DNA from: Ranitomeya imitator
Taxonomy: Eukaryota
Assembly (NCBI RefSeq): GCF_032444005.1
Contig: NC_091284.1
Location: 277,140,001-277,204,000, forward strand
Reading direction: 5' to 3'
DNA length: 64,000 nucleotides
In this document: positions 40,401 to 50,003 of the stretch, in pieces
How the letters are laid out: each line of letters starts with the position of its first letter
Position numbering within the stretch: the first letter of the stretch is position 1
Translations under genes and position numbers: made by a program
The notes under the pieces: generated by a model
What the model saw: only the letters and a program-made list of their open reading frames with translations
Databases searched by the model: none
What the model was told of the DNA's origin: nothing

Positions 40401-43400
40401 AAAAATAATATTAGATTATAATAGTGGTAACGGACTAACAGGAGGTAGGGTAAGTATATAAGAAATATAAAATAATACTAGTAGAAAATATATATATATT
40501 CTGACACTCTAAAAGTCTGGCTCTGCATAGATAGTATGAGGTAGCATATGTATGTACAAAGGAATATATATAAGTATTATATACACAAAAGTGTATGTAT
40601 ATGTACATAAAAAGTATAACCGTTGTGCAAAAACTAAAAAAAGGAGAATGGAAAAATGGTATATGAAAAATATATATATATATATATAATAAAACGGTGA
40701 AAAAATGAAAAATTGTATATATATGAGTAAAATATATATAAATAATCAAAATACAACCAATATGTGCAAAATAAAAAACCAGGATAAAAATTATNNNNNN
40801 NNNNNNNNNNNNNNNNNNNNNNNNNNNNNNNNNNNNNNNNNNNNNNNNNNNNNNNNNNNNNNNNNNNNNNNNNNNNNNNNNNNNNNNNNNNNNNNNNNNN
40901 NNNNNNNNNNNNNNNNNNNNNNNNGAATAAGGGGAAACAGTGTGTGTATATGGAAGAGTGTATGAATCCTATATGCTGGTGCACTACAAAGAAAGGCCAA
41001 CAAAAAAAGTGCCAAATGACCGAAGAATGTAAGGTCAGAGAGACCAATAGAGGCTGACACCTGTGATAAATATGTCAGTATATACTAAAAGAATAAAGTG
41101 CAGAGTGCATATGTGCAGGGTAAATCCAAAAACGCCAGAACCATATACTCCAGAGCCATATACTAAAGACAGCAGCAAAGCCCAGAACAATTAGTATAAG
41201 AGTAATTAGTATAAGAGAACAAGGTACTAATAAACGCAATATATTGGATTACCTCCTCCTGATGCCGCCCGAGCCTCCAGATACAGTGCACCCCGACGCG
41301 CGTTTCGGACTCAGTCCTTCGTCAGGGGGTGATGCACTGGAGGAACCGGAGGTCTGTTTATATCATGGGGGATAACGCTAATGGACAGAGCAGAAGCATG
41401 GCGGCGCATGCGCGACCAAAAGACCCGGAAGTGCACGAGGGCACCATGCAGCCCGGCAACCGCCAGGACACCCATGAAGCCGGACGCGTCACCAAGGGGA
41501 CCCGGCCCGCGCACGCGCACAACATATAATAAAGGATACCGCTGATGAAAGGAGCTGAAGCTTAGCGGCGCATGCGCGACCCAGAGACACAGAAGTGCAC
41601 GACGGCGCCATGCAGCCCGGCAACTGCCAAGACAAAACATCGGCCCTTTTCCATTTTGTAATTTTTTTATTAATGTAAAAAGGACAATATACATGTTGTT
41701 TTTTTTCCTCTAAAATACAAAGGAAATGTGTAATCTTTAACTTTAGCCCTTTAGAGATCATTTCATCTTCAACTTGTTTAATTGTTCAAAATGACAGTAA
41801 CTTTGAATTTTTACCATGCCATTGTATATGCTTGTGTGCAGAGTCTGTATGTGTGTGATATATGCATATACAGTACAGAACAAAAGTTTGGACACACCTT
41901 CTCATTTAAAGATTTTTCTGTATTTTCATGACTATGAAAATTGTACATTCACACTGAAGGCATCAAAACTATGAATTAACACATGTGGAATTATATACTT
42001 AACAAAAAAGTGTGAAACAACTGAAATTATGTCTTATATTCTAAGTTCTTCAAAGTAGCCACCTTTTGCTTTGATGACTGCTTTGCACACTCTTGGCATT
42101 CTCTTGATGAGCTTCAACAGGTAGTCACCAGGTAATGGTCTCCCAACAATCTTGAAGGAGTTCCCAGAGATGCTTAGCACTTGTTGGCCCTTTTGCCTTC
42201 ACTCTGCGGTCCAGCTCACCCCAAACCATCTCGATGGAGTTGAGGTCTGGTGACTGTGGAGGCCAGGTCATCTGGCGTAGCACCCCATCACTCTACTTCT
42301 TGGTCAAATAGCCCTGGAGGTGTGTTTGGGGTCATTGTCCTGTTGAAAAATAAATGGTCCAACTATACGCAAACCGGATGGAACAGCATGCCGCTGCAAG
42401 ATGCTGTGGTAGCCATACTGGTTCAGTATGCCTTCAATTTTGAGTAAATCCCCAACAGTGTCACCAGCAAATCAGCCCCACACCATCACACCTCCTCCAT
42501 GCTTCACGGTGGGAACCAGGCATGTAGAGTCCATCCGTTCACCTTTTCTGCGTCGCACAAAGACACGGTGGTTGGAACCAAAGATCTCAAATTTGGACTC
42601 ATCAGACCAAAGCACAGATTTCCACTGGTCTAATGTCCATTCCTTGTGTTCTTCAGCCCAAACAACTCTCTTCTGCTTGTTGCCTGTCCTTAGCAGTGGT
42701 TTCCTAGCAGCTATTTTACCATAAAGGCCTGCTGCACAAAGTCTCCTCTTAACAGTTGTTGTAGAGGTGTGTCTGGTGCTAGAACTCTGTGTGGCATTGA
42801 CCTGGTCTCTAATCTGAGCTGCTGTTAACCTGTGATTTCTTAGGCTTGTGACTCGGATAAACTTATCCTCAGAAGCGGAGGTGACTCTTGGTCTTCCTTT
42901 CCTGGGGCGGTCCTCATGTGAGCCAGTTTCTTTGTAGCGCTTGATAGTTTTTGCCACTGCACTTGGGGACAATTTTTCGGACTGACTGACCTTCATTTCT
43001 TAAAGTAACGATGGCCACTCGTTTTTCTTTATTTAGCTGCTTTTTTCTTGCCAAACTACAAATTCTAACAGTCTGTTAGAATTAGGACTATCAGCTTCCA
43101 GACTTCTGCTCAACACAACTGATGGTCCCAACCCCATTTATAAGGCAAGAAATCCCACTTATTAATAATAATAATCTTTACATAGCGCTAACATATTCCG
43201 CAGCGCTTTACACACATTATCATCACTGTCCCCGATGGGGCTCACAATCTGGAATCCCTTTCAGTATGTCTTTGGAATGTGGGAGGAAACCGGAGAACAC
43301 CCACGCAAACATGGAAAGAACATACAAACTCTTTGCAGATGTTGTCCTGGGTGGGATTGGAACCCAGGATCCCAGCGCAGCAAGGCTGCAGTGCCAACCA

Positions 43401-43724
43401 CTGCGCCACCGTGCTCCCCACTTATTAAACCTGACAGGGCACACCTGTGAACTGAAAACCATTTCCGGTGACTACCTCTTGAAGCTCATCAAGAGAATCC
43501 AAGAGTGTGCAAAGCAGTCATCAAAGCTAAAGTTGGCTACTTTGAAGAACCTAGAATATAAGAAATATTTTCAGTTGTTTCACACTTTTTTGTTAAGTAT
43601 ATAATTCCACGTGTGTTAATTCATAGTTTTGATGCTTTCAGTGTGAATTTACAATTTTCATAGTCAAGAAAATACAGAAAAATCTTTAAATAAGAAGGTA
43701 TGTCCAAACTTTTGCTCTTTACTG

Positions 43725-43755
<31 letters not shown>

Positions 43756-46595
43756 CTATATACATAATTGTCTACGGGGTACTTCCATCTGTCTGTCTTT
43801 CTGTCACGGTTATTCATTCGCTGATTGGTCTCGGCAGCTGCCTGTCATGGCTTCCGCGACCAATCAGCGACGGCCACAGTCCGATTAGTCCCTCCCCTAC
43901 TCCCCTGCACTCACTGCCTGGCGCCCGCTCCATAATCCCCTCACTCCGTTACCGCTGCTATTAACCCTGTGTGTCCCCGACTATTTACTATTGATGCTGC
44001 CTATGCAGCATCAATACTAAAAATATGTCATGTTAAAAATAATTAAAAAAACAAAAAACCTGCTATACTCACCCTCCGCCGCCTTTCTCGCTCCTCACCA
44101 CGCTCCCGGGATCGCTCCTTTGCAAGCGGCAGCTTCCGGTTCCGTCCCAGGGCTGGTGTGCGACAAGGACCTGCCGTGACGTCACGGTCATGTGACCGCG
44201 ACGTCATCATAGGTCCTGCTCACACGAGCCTTGGGACCGCAAGCTGCCGCTTGCAATGGAGCGATCCCGGGAGCGTGGCAAGGAGCGGGAAAGGCGGCGA
44301 ATGGTAAGTATAGCAGGACTTCAACGGGCTATAGGTGAGTATATGTTTATTTATTTTTTTAAGTCTCTATACTACGTGGCTCTGTGCTGGGCAAGATACT
44401 ACGTGGCTCTGCTATACACTACGTCGCTGGGCAATATATTACGTGGCTGGGCAATATACTACGTGGCTGGGCAATATACTACGTGGCTGGGCAATATACT
44501 ACGTCGCTGGGCAATATACTACGTGGCTGGGCAATATACTATGTGACTGGGCAATATACTGTACTACGTGGGCTGTGCTATATACTATGTGGCTTGGCAA
44601 TATACTACGTGGCTGGGCAATATACTACGTCGCTGGGCAATATACTACGTGGCTGGGCAATGTACTACGTCGCTGGGCAATATATTATGTGGCTGGGCAA
44701 TATACTACATGGCTGGGCAATATACTATGTGGCTGGGCAATATACTACGTGGCTGGGCAATATACTACGTCGCTGGGCAATATACTACGTGGCTGGGCAA
44801 TATACTACGTGGCTGGGCAATATACTACGTGGCTGGGCAATATATTACGTGGCTGGGCAATATACTACGTCGCTGGGCAATATATTACGTGGCTGGGCAA
44901 TATACTACGTCGCTGGGCAATATACTACGTGGCTGGGCAATATACTACGTGACTGGGCAATATACTACGTGGCTGGGCAATATACTACGTCGCTGGGCAA
45001 TATACTACGTGGCTGGGCAATATACTACGTGGCTGGGCAATATACTACGTCGCTGGGCAATATATTACGTGGCTGGGCAATATACTACGTCGCTGGGCAA
45101 TATACTACGTGGCTGGGCAATATACTACGTGACTGGGCAATATACTACGTGGCTGGGCAATATACTATGTGACTGGGCAATATACCGTACTACGTGGGCT
45201 GTGCTATATACTATGTGGCTGGGCAATACGTGGCTGGGCAATATACTACGTGGCTGGGCAATATACTACGTGGCTGGGCAATATATTACGTGGGCTGTGC
45301 TATATACTATGTGGCTGGGCAATATACTACGTGGCTGGGCAATATACTACGTCGCTGGGCAATATACTACGTGGCTGGGCAATATACTACGTGGCTGGGC
45401 AATATACTACGTGGCTGGGCAATATACTACGTGGCTGGGCAATATACTACGTCGCTGGGCAATATACTACGTGGCTGGGCAATATACTACGTGGCTGGGC
45501 AATATACTACATCGCTGGGCAATATACTACGTGGCTGGGCAATATACTACGTCGCTGGGCAATATACTATGTCGCTGGGCAATATACTACGTCGCTGGGC
45601 AATACACTACGTGGCTGGGCAATATACTACGTGGCTGGGCAATATACTACGTCGCTGGGCAATATACTACGTGGCTGGGCAATATACTACGTGGCTGGGC
45701 AATATACTACGTCGCTGGGCAATATATTACGTGGCTGGGCAATATACTACGTCGCTGGGCAATATACTACGTGGCTGGGCAATATACTACGTGACTGGGC
45801 AATATACTACGTGGCTGGGCAATATACTATGTGACTGGGCAATATACCGTACTACGTGGGCTGTGCTATATACTATGTGGCTGGGCAATACGTGGCTGGG
45901 CAATATACTACGTGGCTGGGCAATATACTACGTCGCTGGGCAATATACTATGTGGCTGGGCAATATACTACGTGGCTGGACAATATACTACATCGCTGGG
46001 CAATATACTACGTGGCTGGGCAATATACTACGTGGCTGGGCAATATACTACGTGGCTGGGCAATATACTACGTGGCTGGGCAATATACTACGTCGCTGGG
46101 CAATATACTACGTGGCTGGGCAATATACTACGTGACTGGGCAATATACTACGTGGCTGGGCAATATACTACGTGACTGGGCAATATACTACGTGGACATG
46201 CATATTCTAGAATACCCGATGCGTTAGAATCGGGCCACCATCTAGTATATATATATTTAAATACATGTGTGCGGTGTATATATGCATGTGAGTAAGCATG
46301 AATGTATGTTGTGTCTGTATGCATGTGTGTATATATGATTGTGTCCGGTTTGTTTACATTTATGTATACATTCTCAAATGCAGTATAAGTATATTTATGT
46401 GTACTGAATATGCAATGCTATAAAGAAAGAGGGAAAAGTCATAGTTTCATTCTTACAGCAATAGTTGAGCTTCGTCGAGATGCAGTAGGTGTGGATGGTA
46501 AAGAGGTAAGAGAAGAACTGACGTTGCATTCCTCAGAGCTGAGATTTCCCGATGCATCACTCAGGCCACTGCTTATGGAGCTGCTCTCATCCCAA
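752..46595 (-). CDS. NAV1: Neuron navigator 1, partial; 12 internal coding exons, about 711 codons, start and stop outside the window
   Basis: Exon translations match recalled vertebrate NAV1 segments in colinear order ([121 protein letters not shown]). All introns are GT-AG and phases join without a frameshift. NAV1 rather than NAV2/3 is by recall, not by database search. Confidence 0.93.
2658..2854. mobile_element. Harbinger-type MITE
   Basis: TIR AGGCTGCCGTCACACTA / TAGTGTGACGGCAGCCT with extended internal inverted symmetry. Confidence 0.75.
3045..5745. mobile_element. 2.7-kb non-autonomous Harbinger/PIF-type element
   Basis: Termini GGCCGCCGTCACACA / TGTGTGACGCCGGCC; TAA immediately outside both ends; no transposase ORF. 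Confidence 0.8.
3326..5443. repeat. Near-perfect long inverted repeat; arms of about 1056 bp, 6-nt loop (4382-4387)
   Basis: Centre reads ...CTAGAAAGC tccctg GCTTTCTAG...; paired positions sum to 8769; ORFs 3439..3624(+) and 5144..5329(-) are identical except K/R. Confidence 0.97.
6069..6152 (-). CDS. NAV1: NAV1 exon k (84 nt): [28 protein letters not shown]
   Basis: Acceptor ttttgcAG, donor GTAACA. Confidence 0.92.
7051..7228 (+). mobile_element. Left end of a TA-TSD (Tc1/pogo-type) MITE, truncated
   Basis: TA then CCGTATATACTCGAGTATAAGCCGA with an internal repeat; the same terminus is seen inverted at 34800-34824. Confidence 0.65.
7648..8139. mobile_element. TTAA-flanked (T2/Kolobok-like) MITE
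   Basis: TIR AGAAGCTCTCCTCCCATCAA / TTGATGGGAGGAGGGCTTCT with TTAA at both ends. Confidence 0.7.
8214..8291 (-). CDS. NAV1: NAV1 exon j (78 nt): [26 protein letters not shown] (coiled coil)
   Basis: Acceptor aatgaAG, donor GTAAGT. Confidence 0.92.
8420..8443 (-). CDS. NAV1: NAV1 microexon i (24 nt): AEERMQSE
   Basis: Acceptor ttctatcAG, donor GTACTT; phase 0/0; peptide matches recalled mammalian NAV1 AEERMQSE. Confidence 0.88.
8605..8657 (-). CDS. NAV1: NAV1 exon h (53 nt): [18 protein letters not shown]
   Basis: Acceptor tttttcAG, donor GTAAGA. Confidence 0.92.
12159..12326 (-). CDS. NAV1: NAV1 exon g (168 nt): [16 protein letters not shown]...[11 protein letters not shown]
   Basis: Within ORF 12121..12462; acceptor caacAG, donor GTAAGT. 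Confidence 0.93.
13472..16925. mobile_element. Large non-autonomous TTAA-type (Kolobok/T2-like) element with internal 390-bp tandem repeats and a telomere-like tract
   Basis: Ends TAACCCCTT... / ...AAGGGGTTAA; unit starts near 14127, 14518, 14913, 15299; homologous to 36588-38800. Confidence 0.65.
15540..15772 (+). repeat. Degenerate telomere-like (CCCTAA/CCCTAG/CCCCAA)n tract
   Basis: Repeated aaccct units, e.g. ccctaaccctagccctaaccctagccctaaccctaa. Confidence 0.85.
17643..18191. mobile_element. Solo LTR inserted into the Tc1 transposase gene
   Basis: TGTAA...TGACA termini; 5-bp TSD GTACG/GTACC; the Tc1 sequence resumes in register (catggtac|cacaacaaacc). Confidence 0.75.
18665..19224. mobile_element. 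560-bp unclassified insertion with a 15-bp target duplication and a terminal hairpin
   Basis: CAGTGATTTGAAACT at 18650-18664 and 19225-19239; inverted arms of about 120 bp at 18909-19030 and 19102-19225. Confidence 0.7.
19971..20575. repeat. Partial tandem duplication, period 428 bp
   Basis: TATTAGACAG(C/T)GTAGGACC...GGTCACCTTGTCGA...CAGTATTACTAAGAACCCTGTG starts at 19971 and again at 20399. Confidence 0.8.
20936..21078 (-). CDS. NAV1: NAV1 exon f (143 nt): [26 protein letters not shown]...KPHLACL
   Basis: Acceptor cttatcAG, donor GTGAGT; [11 protein letters not shown] is conserved. Confidence 0.9.
21704..22612 (+). repeat. G-rich minisatellite (alternating units of about 39-40 bp) preceded by a poly-G run
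   Basis: Alternating GGGGGCATCATACTATGGAGGGGTGGCT and GGGGCATCATATTGTATGTGGAGGAGCTGT units; source of several spurious ORFs. Confidence 0.85.
22757..23186. mobile_element. Harbinger-type MITE
   Basis: Termini GCCGGGGTCAGACTAGCG / CGCTAGTCTGATCCCGGC followed by TAA. Confidence 0.6.
24261..24302 (-). CDS. NAV1: NAV1 exon e (42 nt): (S)[13 protein letters not shown](R)
   Basis: Acceptor ttccacAG, donor GTATGT; conserved [11 protein letters not shown] motif. Confidence 0.9.
25070..26675 (-). mobile_element. Full-length Tc1 transposon (1606 bp)
   Basis: TIRs of about 200 bp beginning CAGTGGGGCAAAAAAGTATTTAGTCAGTCAGC; TA TSD; single long ORF. Confidence 0.95.
25286..26308 (-). CDS. Tc1 DD34E transposase, 340 aa, uninterrupted
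   Basis: N-terminal paired-like HTH; [15 protein letters not shown] and [11 protein letters not shown] motifs, with 34 residues between the second D and E. Confidence 0.93.
   Translation of the reverse strand: MVKTKELSKDTRNKIVALHQAGKTESAIANQLGVKKSTVGAIIRKWKTYKTTDNLPQSGAPCKIPPRGVRMITRTVSKNPRTMRGDLVNELQRAGTNVTRPTISNTLRHHGLRSCSARRVPQLKPVHVRARLKFAREHLDDPEEFLENVLWSDETKLELFGRNTTCRVWRKKNTELHPSNTIPTVKHGGGNIMLWRCFSAKGPGRLIRVHERMNGAMYREILSANLIPSARALKMKRGWVFQHDNDPKHTARATKEWLRNKHFKVLEWPSQSPDLNPIENLWRELKVRVAKRKAKNITALEEICMEELANIPTTVCGNLVKTYRKRLTSVIANKGYITKY
26676..26739. repeat. (TA)n microsatellite between two Tc1 elements
   Basis: Direct reading. Confidence 0.95.
26740..28370 (+). mobile_element. Tc1 transposon of a second family; transposase disrupted
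   Basis: TIR CAG...GACCAAAAGTTTGGACACACC; ATG at about 27153 followed by premature TGA; catalytic ORF 27610..28296 has [23 protein letters not shown]. Confidence 0.92.
29988..30347 (-). CDS. NAV1: NAV1 exon d (360 nt): [24 protein letters not shown]...[16 protein letters not shown]...KSPAPE
   Basis: 86-nt intron to exon c; acceptor ttctAG, donor GTAATC. Confidence 0.93.
30434..31088 (-). CDS. NAV1: NAV1 exon c (655 nt): [10 protein letters not shown]...TTPQR; contains the SxIP-like motif SGIP
   Basis: Within ORF 30361..31149; acceptor caacAG, donor GTGGGC; length 2+651+2. Confidence 0.95.
32305..32698. mobile_element. Harbinger-type MITE with short internal CCGCA repeats
   Basis: Termini GCTGTGTGCACAC / ATGTGCACATAGC; coordinates approximate. 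Confidence 0.55.
33331..33607 (-). CDS. NAV1: NAV1 exon b (277 nt): [17 protein letters not shown]...[15 protein letters not shown]
   Basis: Within ORF 33317..33634; acceptor ccacAG, donor GTACGA; phase 0 in, phase 1 out. Confidence 0.92.
33930..34824 (-). mobile_element. TA-TSD MITE with a palindromic core (33930-34190) and a G-rich minisatellite of about 20-bp units (34240-34730)
   Basis: Terminus CGGCTTATACTCGAGTATATACGG-TA at 34824; GCATACAGGGACAGGGATGGGGAG units. Confidence 0.65.
35622..35696 (-). ncRNA. Type I hammerhead ribozyme motif
   Basis: Minus strand: GCCAAACCAGAUC-UUUGCA-CUGAUGA-GUGACAGUACCCC-GAAA-CACAGUG-UC-UGCAAA-UUGA-GAUCUGGUUUGGC. Core intact, GUC triplet, long stem I, weakened stem II. 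Confidence 0.75.
36291..36587 (+). mobile_element. Left TIR fragment of the second Tc1 family, interrupted at TTAA
   Basis: Near-identical to 26740-27040. Confidence 0.85.
36588..38803 (+). mobile_element. Truncated TTAA-type (Kolobok/T2-like) element with four internal repeats of about 385 bp
   Basis: Starts TTAACCCCTTCATGACCCAG; unit starts near 37251, 37635, 38016, 38409; homologous to 13472-15500. Confidence 0.7.
38805..39203 (+). mobile_element. Helitron 3' fragment
   Basis: Hairpin GCCCGG-gcaacg-CCGGGC at 39175-39192, then CTAG ending at 39203 followed by T. Confidence 0.65.
40795..40923. other. Assembly gap (129 N)
   Basis: Run of n characters. Confidence 1.
41284..41339 (-). ncRNA. 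Minimal type I hammerhead ribozyme motif, intact core
   Basis: Minus strand: CAGUGC-AUC-ACCCC-CUGACGA-A-GGAC(UGA)GUCC-GAAA-C(GCGC)G-UC-GGGGU-GCACUG. Confidence 0.85.
41871..43724 (-). mobile_element. Decayed Tc1 transposon (same family as 26740-28370) carrying a SINE insertion
   Basis: TA-flanked TIRs; ORF 42472..42996 has GRPRVT, WSDESK and PTVKHGGG. Confidence 0.9.
43166..43416 (-). mobile_element. tRNA-derived V-SINE-like SINE with L2-type tail
   Basis: Minus strand 5' GAGCACGGTGGCGCAGTGG (A box) and GGTTCCAATCC (B box); V-domain-like GAGTTTGTATGTTCT...GTGGGTGTTCTCCGGTTTCCTCCCAC; (ATT)n tail; 12-bp TSD CCCACTTATTAA. Confidence 0.85.
43755..46245 (+). mobile_element. Non-autonomous Helitron carrying a minisatellite
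   Basis: Begins TC after A; ends with hairpin CCCGAT-gcgttaga-ATCGGG (46215-46234) and CTAG followed by T. The 5' boundary is less certain. Confidence 0.75.
44392..46196 (+). repeat. 20-bp minisatellite (GGCTGGGCAATATACTACGT)n, about 90 copies
   Basis: Direct reading; variant units with cgtcgc, gtgact and tattac. Confidence 0.97.
46457..46595 (-). CDS. NAV1: NAV1 exon a (139 nt): (S)[46 protein letters not shown]
   Basis: Acceptor ttttgcAG at 46597-46596, donor GTAAGA at 46456. Not in the ORF track in this frame. Confidence 0.92.
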
Positions 46596-47682
46596 CTGCA
46601 AAAACAGCACAGTGCTATAGTTATCCGTGATTCCGCATAACGGCTTTTACTTTAAAATACAATTGAAAGAAATTATTCAAAACAATTTATTTAAATATGG
46701 AAAATGTGAATCAAAAAATTCTCTTGTACACTAAAGAGCTCTTATGTAATCACAATATGCTATACAAAGTATAAATATTGCCAGGGTTATGGACTTATGG
46801 CTTCCCCAAAATTTCACTAAATGGCAAAGTTCCAGAAATCTCTACGTTCTCATAAGTTTTTGGTGAGTCTATGGGAGCCTTGTTCTGGCCCCGTTCTGGC
46901 TCTCATAGACTTACATTGAGTTGTGACTGGCCCAGCAAACACTGGAGCGATCCGACAAGTCACAACCTGCTGGAGACCAACATGGGTGGCGCAGGGAAGA
47001 GCTGAAGACAGCAGCTGGTACGTATAAGACTGGGGGCACGAACTAATAACACTAGTCTAGCGCTGTAATGGAGCGGTGCTTATCTTTCAGGTCGGACCAG
47101 GGGCTTATCCACAGCATTATAGAATGCTGTATATCGGCCCTGAAAGGCGGTGGCCACATCTTATATAGGCCAAATCTGCTGACAGGTTCCCTTTAACATA
47201 TGTATAGAAGTTACTATAAGTGTAGTGGTCGGCAAACAGTATTTTCCATGCAAACTTCAGAGCGGTGTGTGGGGGAAGCAAGAGATATTTATGATGAGAC
47301 CAATCAAATCTAAGTGAAACTTTGAGGATATGAAATCCATAACTCTAGGCATAAACACATTTTTTTAGTTTTGCCAAAACTAAATGAAAATGTGATTATT
47401 TTTAAGGTCAGATACATATTAATCTTTAATACACAAAGGTTTCAGCACACTAGATTTTAACTGCATATCACAAGTACTCAACATATGAATCTAAAATCCC
47501 ACTAACACGACATCAATGAGAAATCAGCAGAAGAGTAATCCCCCCAACTCTATCACTCCCCAAGCCGGGCGCTCCTCTACATGGAGGGTGAGAGAGCCGG
47601 AGAGAGCTATCTACTGTGTACGGTGGACTTTACTGCTGGAAGAATTTCATCTGCAAAACCAACTCTTAAACTATGAGTCTTG

Positions 47683-48420
47683 TTTATAGAAAGCTATAAG
47701 AATCCTTATTATAATACATGAAAAATATGACAAAAATCATATAAATATGTAAAAACAACAGAGTAATACAAATACAAGAAAAAAGGAGTGGGTATACCTG
47801 GGTAAAGTCTACCTAAATATACTGCTGGGTCTATTTGAAGTCTGTTAGATATTATATATAGAAATTCATATCATATGATAAAGACATAGTGTCATATTGA
47901 TGCAAGGTATAATGACATATAATGGACTTCATGATAAAAATTCTAAATATGCATAATCCATATAAAAGATCTGGATAATTACAATTACATCCACATAAGT
48001 GATGGTTACTCAAAATATAGCACACATGAACATGATAGAACATTTTATTGTACATAATGACACTAAGTAGTCACCCCTGGAAGAAGTATTTCATTGCGAA
48101 ACGCGCGTCGGGTGTGGTGGATTCCTGGCCTCCTATACTGCTGCTAAAATTACCTCTTCATATTGATCTATTGTGTCTAGTATCCTTTGTTGTGTATGTT
48201 AAATAACTATTATATTCACACTACTATGTCTTTATCATATGATATGAATTTCTACATATAATATCTATACCCAGCAGTATATTGCAGTAGACTTTACGCA
48301 GGTATACCAACACCTTTTTGTTGTATTTGTATTGGCCTGTTGTTTTTACATATTTACATGATTTTTGTCATACTTTTAATGTACTGTAATAAAGATGTTT
48401 TAGCCTTCTATAAAAAGCCT
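47683..48420. mobile_element. Penelope-like remnant: inverted AT-rich arms (about 47683-47890 and 48222-48420) around a degenerate hammerhead
   Basis: GAAATTCATATCATATGATAAAGACATAGT and its reverse complement ACTATGTCTTTATCATATGATATGAATTTC; CGAAACGCGCGTCGGGTG at 48097-48114. Confidence 0.6.
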
Positions 48421-49346
48421 CATTTATTTAAGTGTTATTTTGGCTCAACTATTTACGACTGAGGACATTGGCGCAGTAAGAATTTGATATGGCAAGAACT
48501 TACATTCACTAGTAAGTATGATCCGAGTGAGCTTTTTGGACAAGTTGATATTGAATAATACTGAAGGTTCACTTTCTGACAGATACATGGCAATGCTGAA
48601 GCATAGGAAACTGTAAATGGTCCTGTAAATGATTAATAGCTGCTGCTGTAAAAAAACAGATTGCACATGGGTGACAAGTGAGAAAAAATCGTCCCCCTTT
48701 TCTAGCTGAAACTCATGTGAACAAGCCCTAAGGGTTAGAATCAGTCCATCTCTCAGGTGAAATAGCAAATAACTTTTGTCTATAACCTTCCCATCTCGGG
48801 GTGTGCACCTGCTCAGTTATCTATTACTTCGCAGAGGAGCCTTTAGGATCCACATGTTACAAACGATGGTTCCAAAGGGATTAGACTGAGAGCATGAGAT
48901 TAATCATTTATTACAGTCATTGTATAGTCTAGCACAATTTCCCACTTTGCTTCCTAGACGCTGCAGACCAGCGGGAACTACAAGAGGATGGCTGATGAGT
49001 AATAATATTGTGCATTATTTATAAATTTGCTTACTTGCTGCATTGTTATTGAAACCTCTTATATAAGCTGTTTGGTAGATCGCTTATTAATCTGTGAGTT
49101 TTTGCTATGTAATCTGAGAGAAAGATGAGGTCGGGGCTGAGACACTGATTTCAGTGATGTGTGACTCATTAGGCTTTGTGCTGTTGTTTCAATCAGTATT
49201 TTATCAGCAGGAGATTATTACTTCCAAACTAGCTCCCACGTGCATTCTGGTCCAGCTCTACCCCAGCCACTGATTAGCAGTTTACTGTCAGTACAAAATG
49301 TAGATAGAAAGCGGTCGGATGGGTGGGGTTAGCTGATTTTGGCTTA

Positions 49347-49917
49347 GGTCTCTTTCACACTTCCGTCTTTTCTCTCCCGTCGAAATCCGTCGAGTTTTGA
49401 AAAAACAGGATCCTGTAAATTTTTCTGCAGGATCCTGTTTTCTCTCATAGACTTGTATTAGCGACGGATTGTGACGGATGGCCATCCGTTTTATCCGTCG
49501 TGCACTGGGTCCGTTGGAAAATAGCGGTCCATCGTGCAGAGAAAACGTTCAGAGGAAAGTTTGTTCTGCACGTCGGAAAAATCGCTCAGCGACAGATCCT
49601 GCGCTGTCTGTCATCGGCTATAATGGAAGCCTATGGACGCAGGATCCGTCGCTGACCGTCAAACACAGGAATCCAGCGACGAATCCTGATTTTCCACTAT
49701 GAGCATGCCCAGAAAGATTTTCAAGTCCGGGAAAAGATCTCTCTCTCTCTCCCTCTCTCTCGTCGCCCCGGAAATTTCTCCATTGAAATTCAGGCAACAA
49801 CGCAACCGTCAAAACATTGGATGCAATGCGCACGGTCTTCACTATTTTCACGACGTCAGTCGATAAGTCACAACAATGCATTATGACACCCGACAGCAGA
49901 CGGAAGTGTGAAAGGCC
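49347..49917. mobile_element. Harbinger-type MITE
   Basis: Termini GGTCTCTTTCACACTTCCGTC / GACGGAAGTGTGAAAGGCC; TTA on both sides. Confidence 0.8.
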
Positions 49918-50003
49918 TTACAGACACTGATGTAATACACCGACCAAATACTGAACATGTAAACGTGGCTTTTTACCCAGAATAGAGAGTGAAAGATCAG
50001 TAC

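Larger units (their letters stand above)
40140..41620 (-). mobile_element. Penelope-like element remnant (pseudo-LTR region with AT-rich tail); boundaries uncertain
   Basis: Minimal hammerhead with palindromic loop III at 41284-41339 next to a long AT-rich tract; no RT or GIY-YIG ORF seen. Confidence 0.5.

Noticed and set aside
40634-41060. ORFs spanning the N-run
   Set aside because: Artefacts of the assembly gap.
44392-46196. Regular short repeats resembling a CRISPR array
   Set aside because: Head-to-tail tandem units with no unique spacers, no cas genes, and a vertebrate context.
44335-46227. Long ORFs of up to 408 aa with [20 protein letters not shown] repeats
   Set aside because: Translation of a 20-bp unit that happens to lack plus-strand stops; three units give one 20-aa period. 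No splice or gene context, and antisense within an NAV1 intron.
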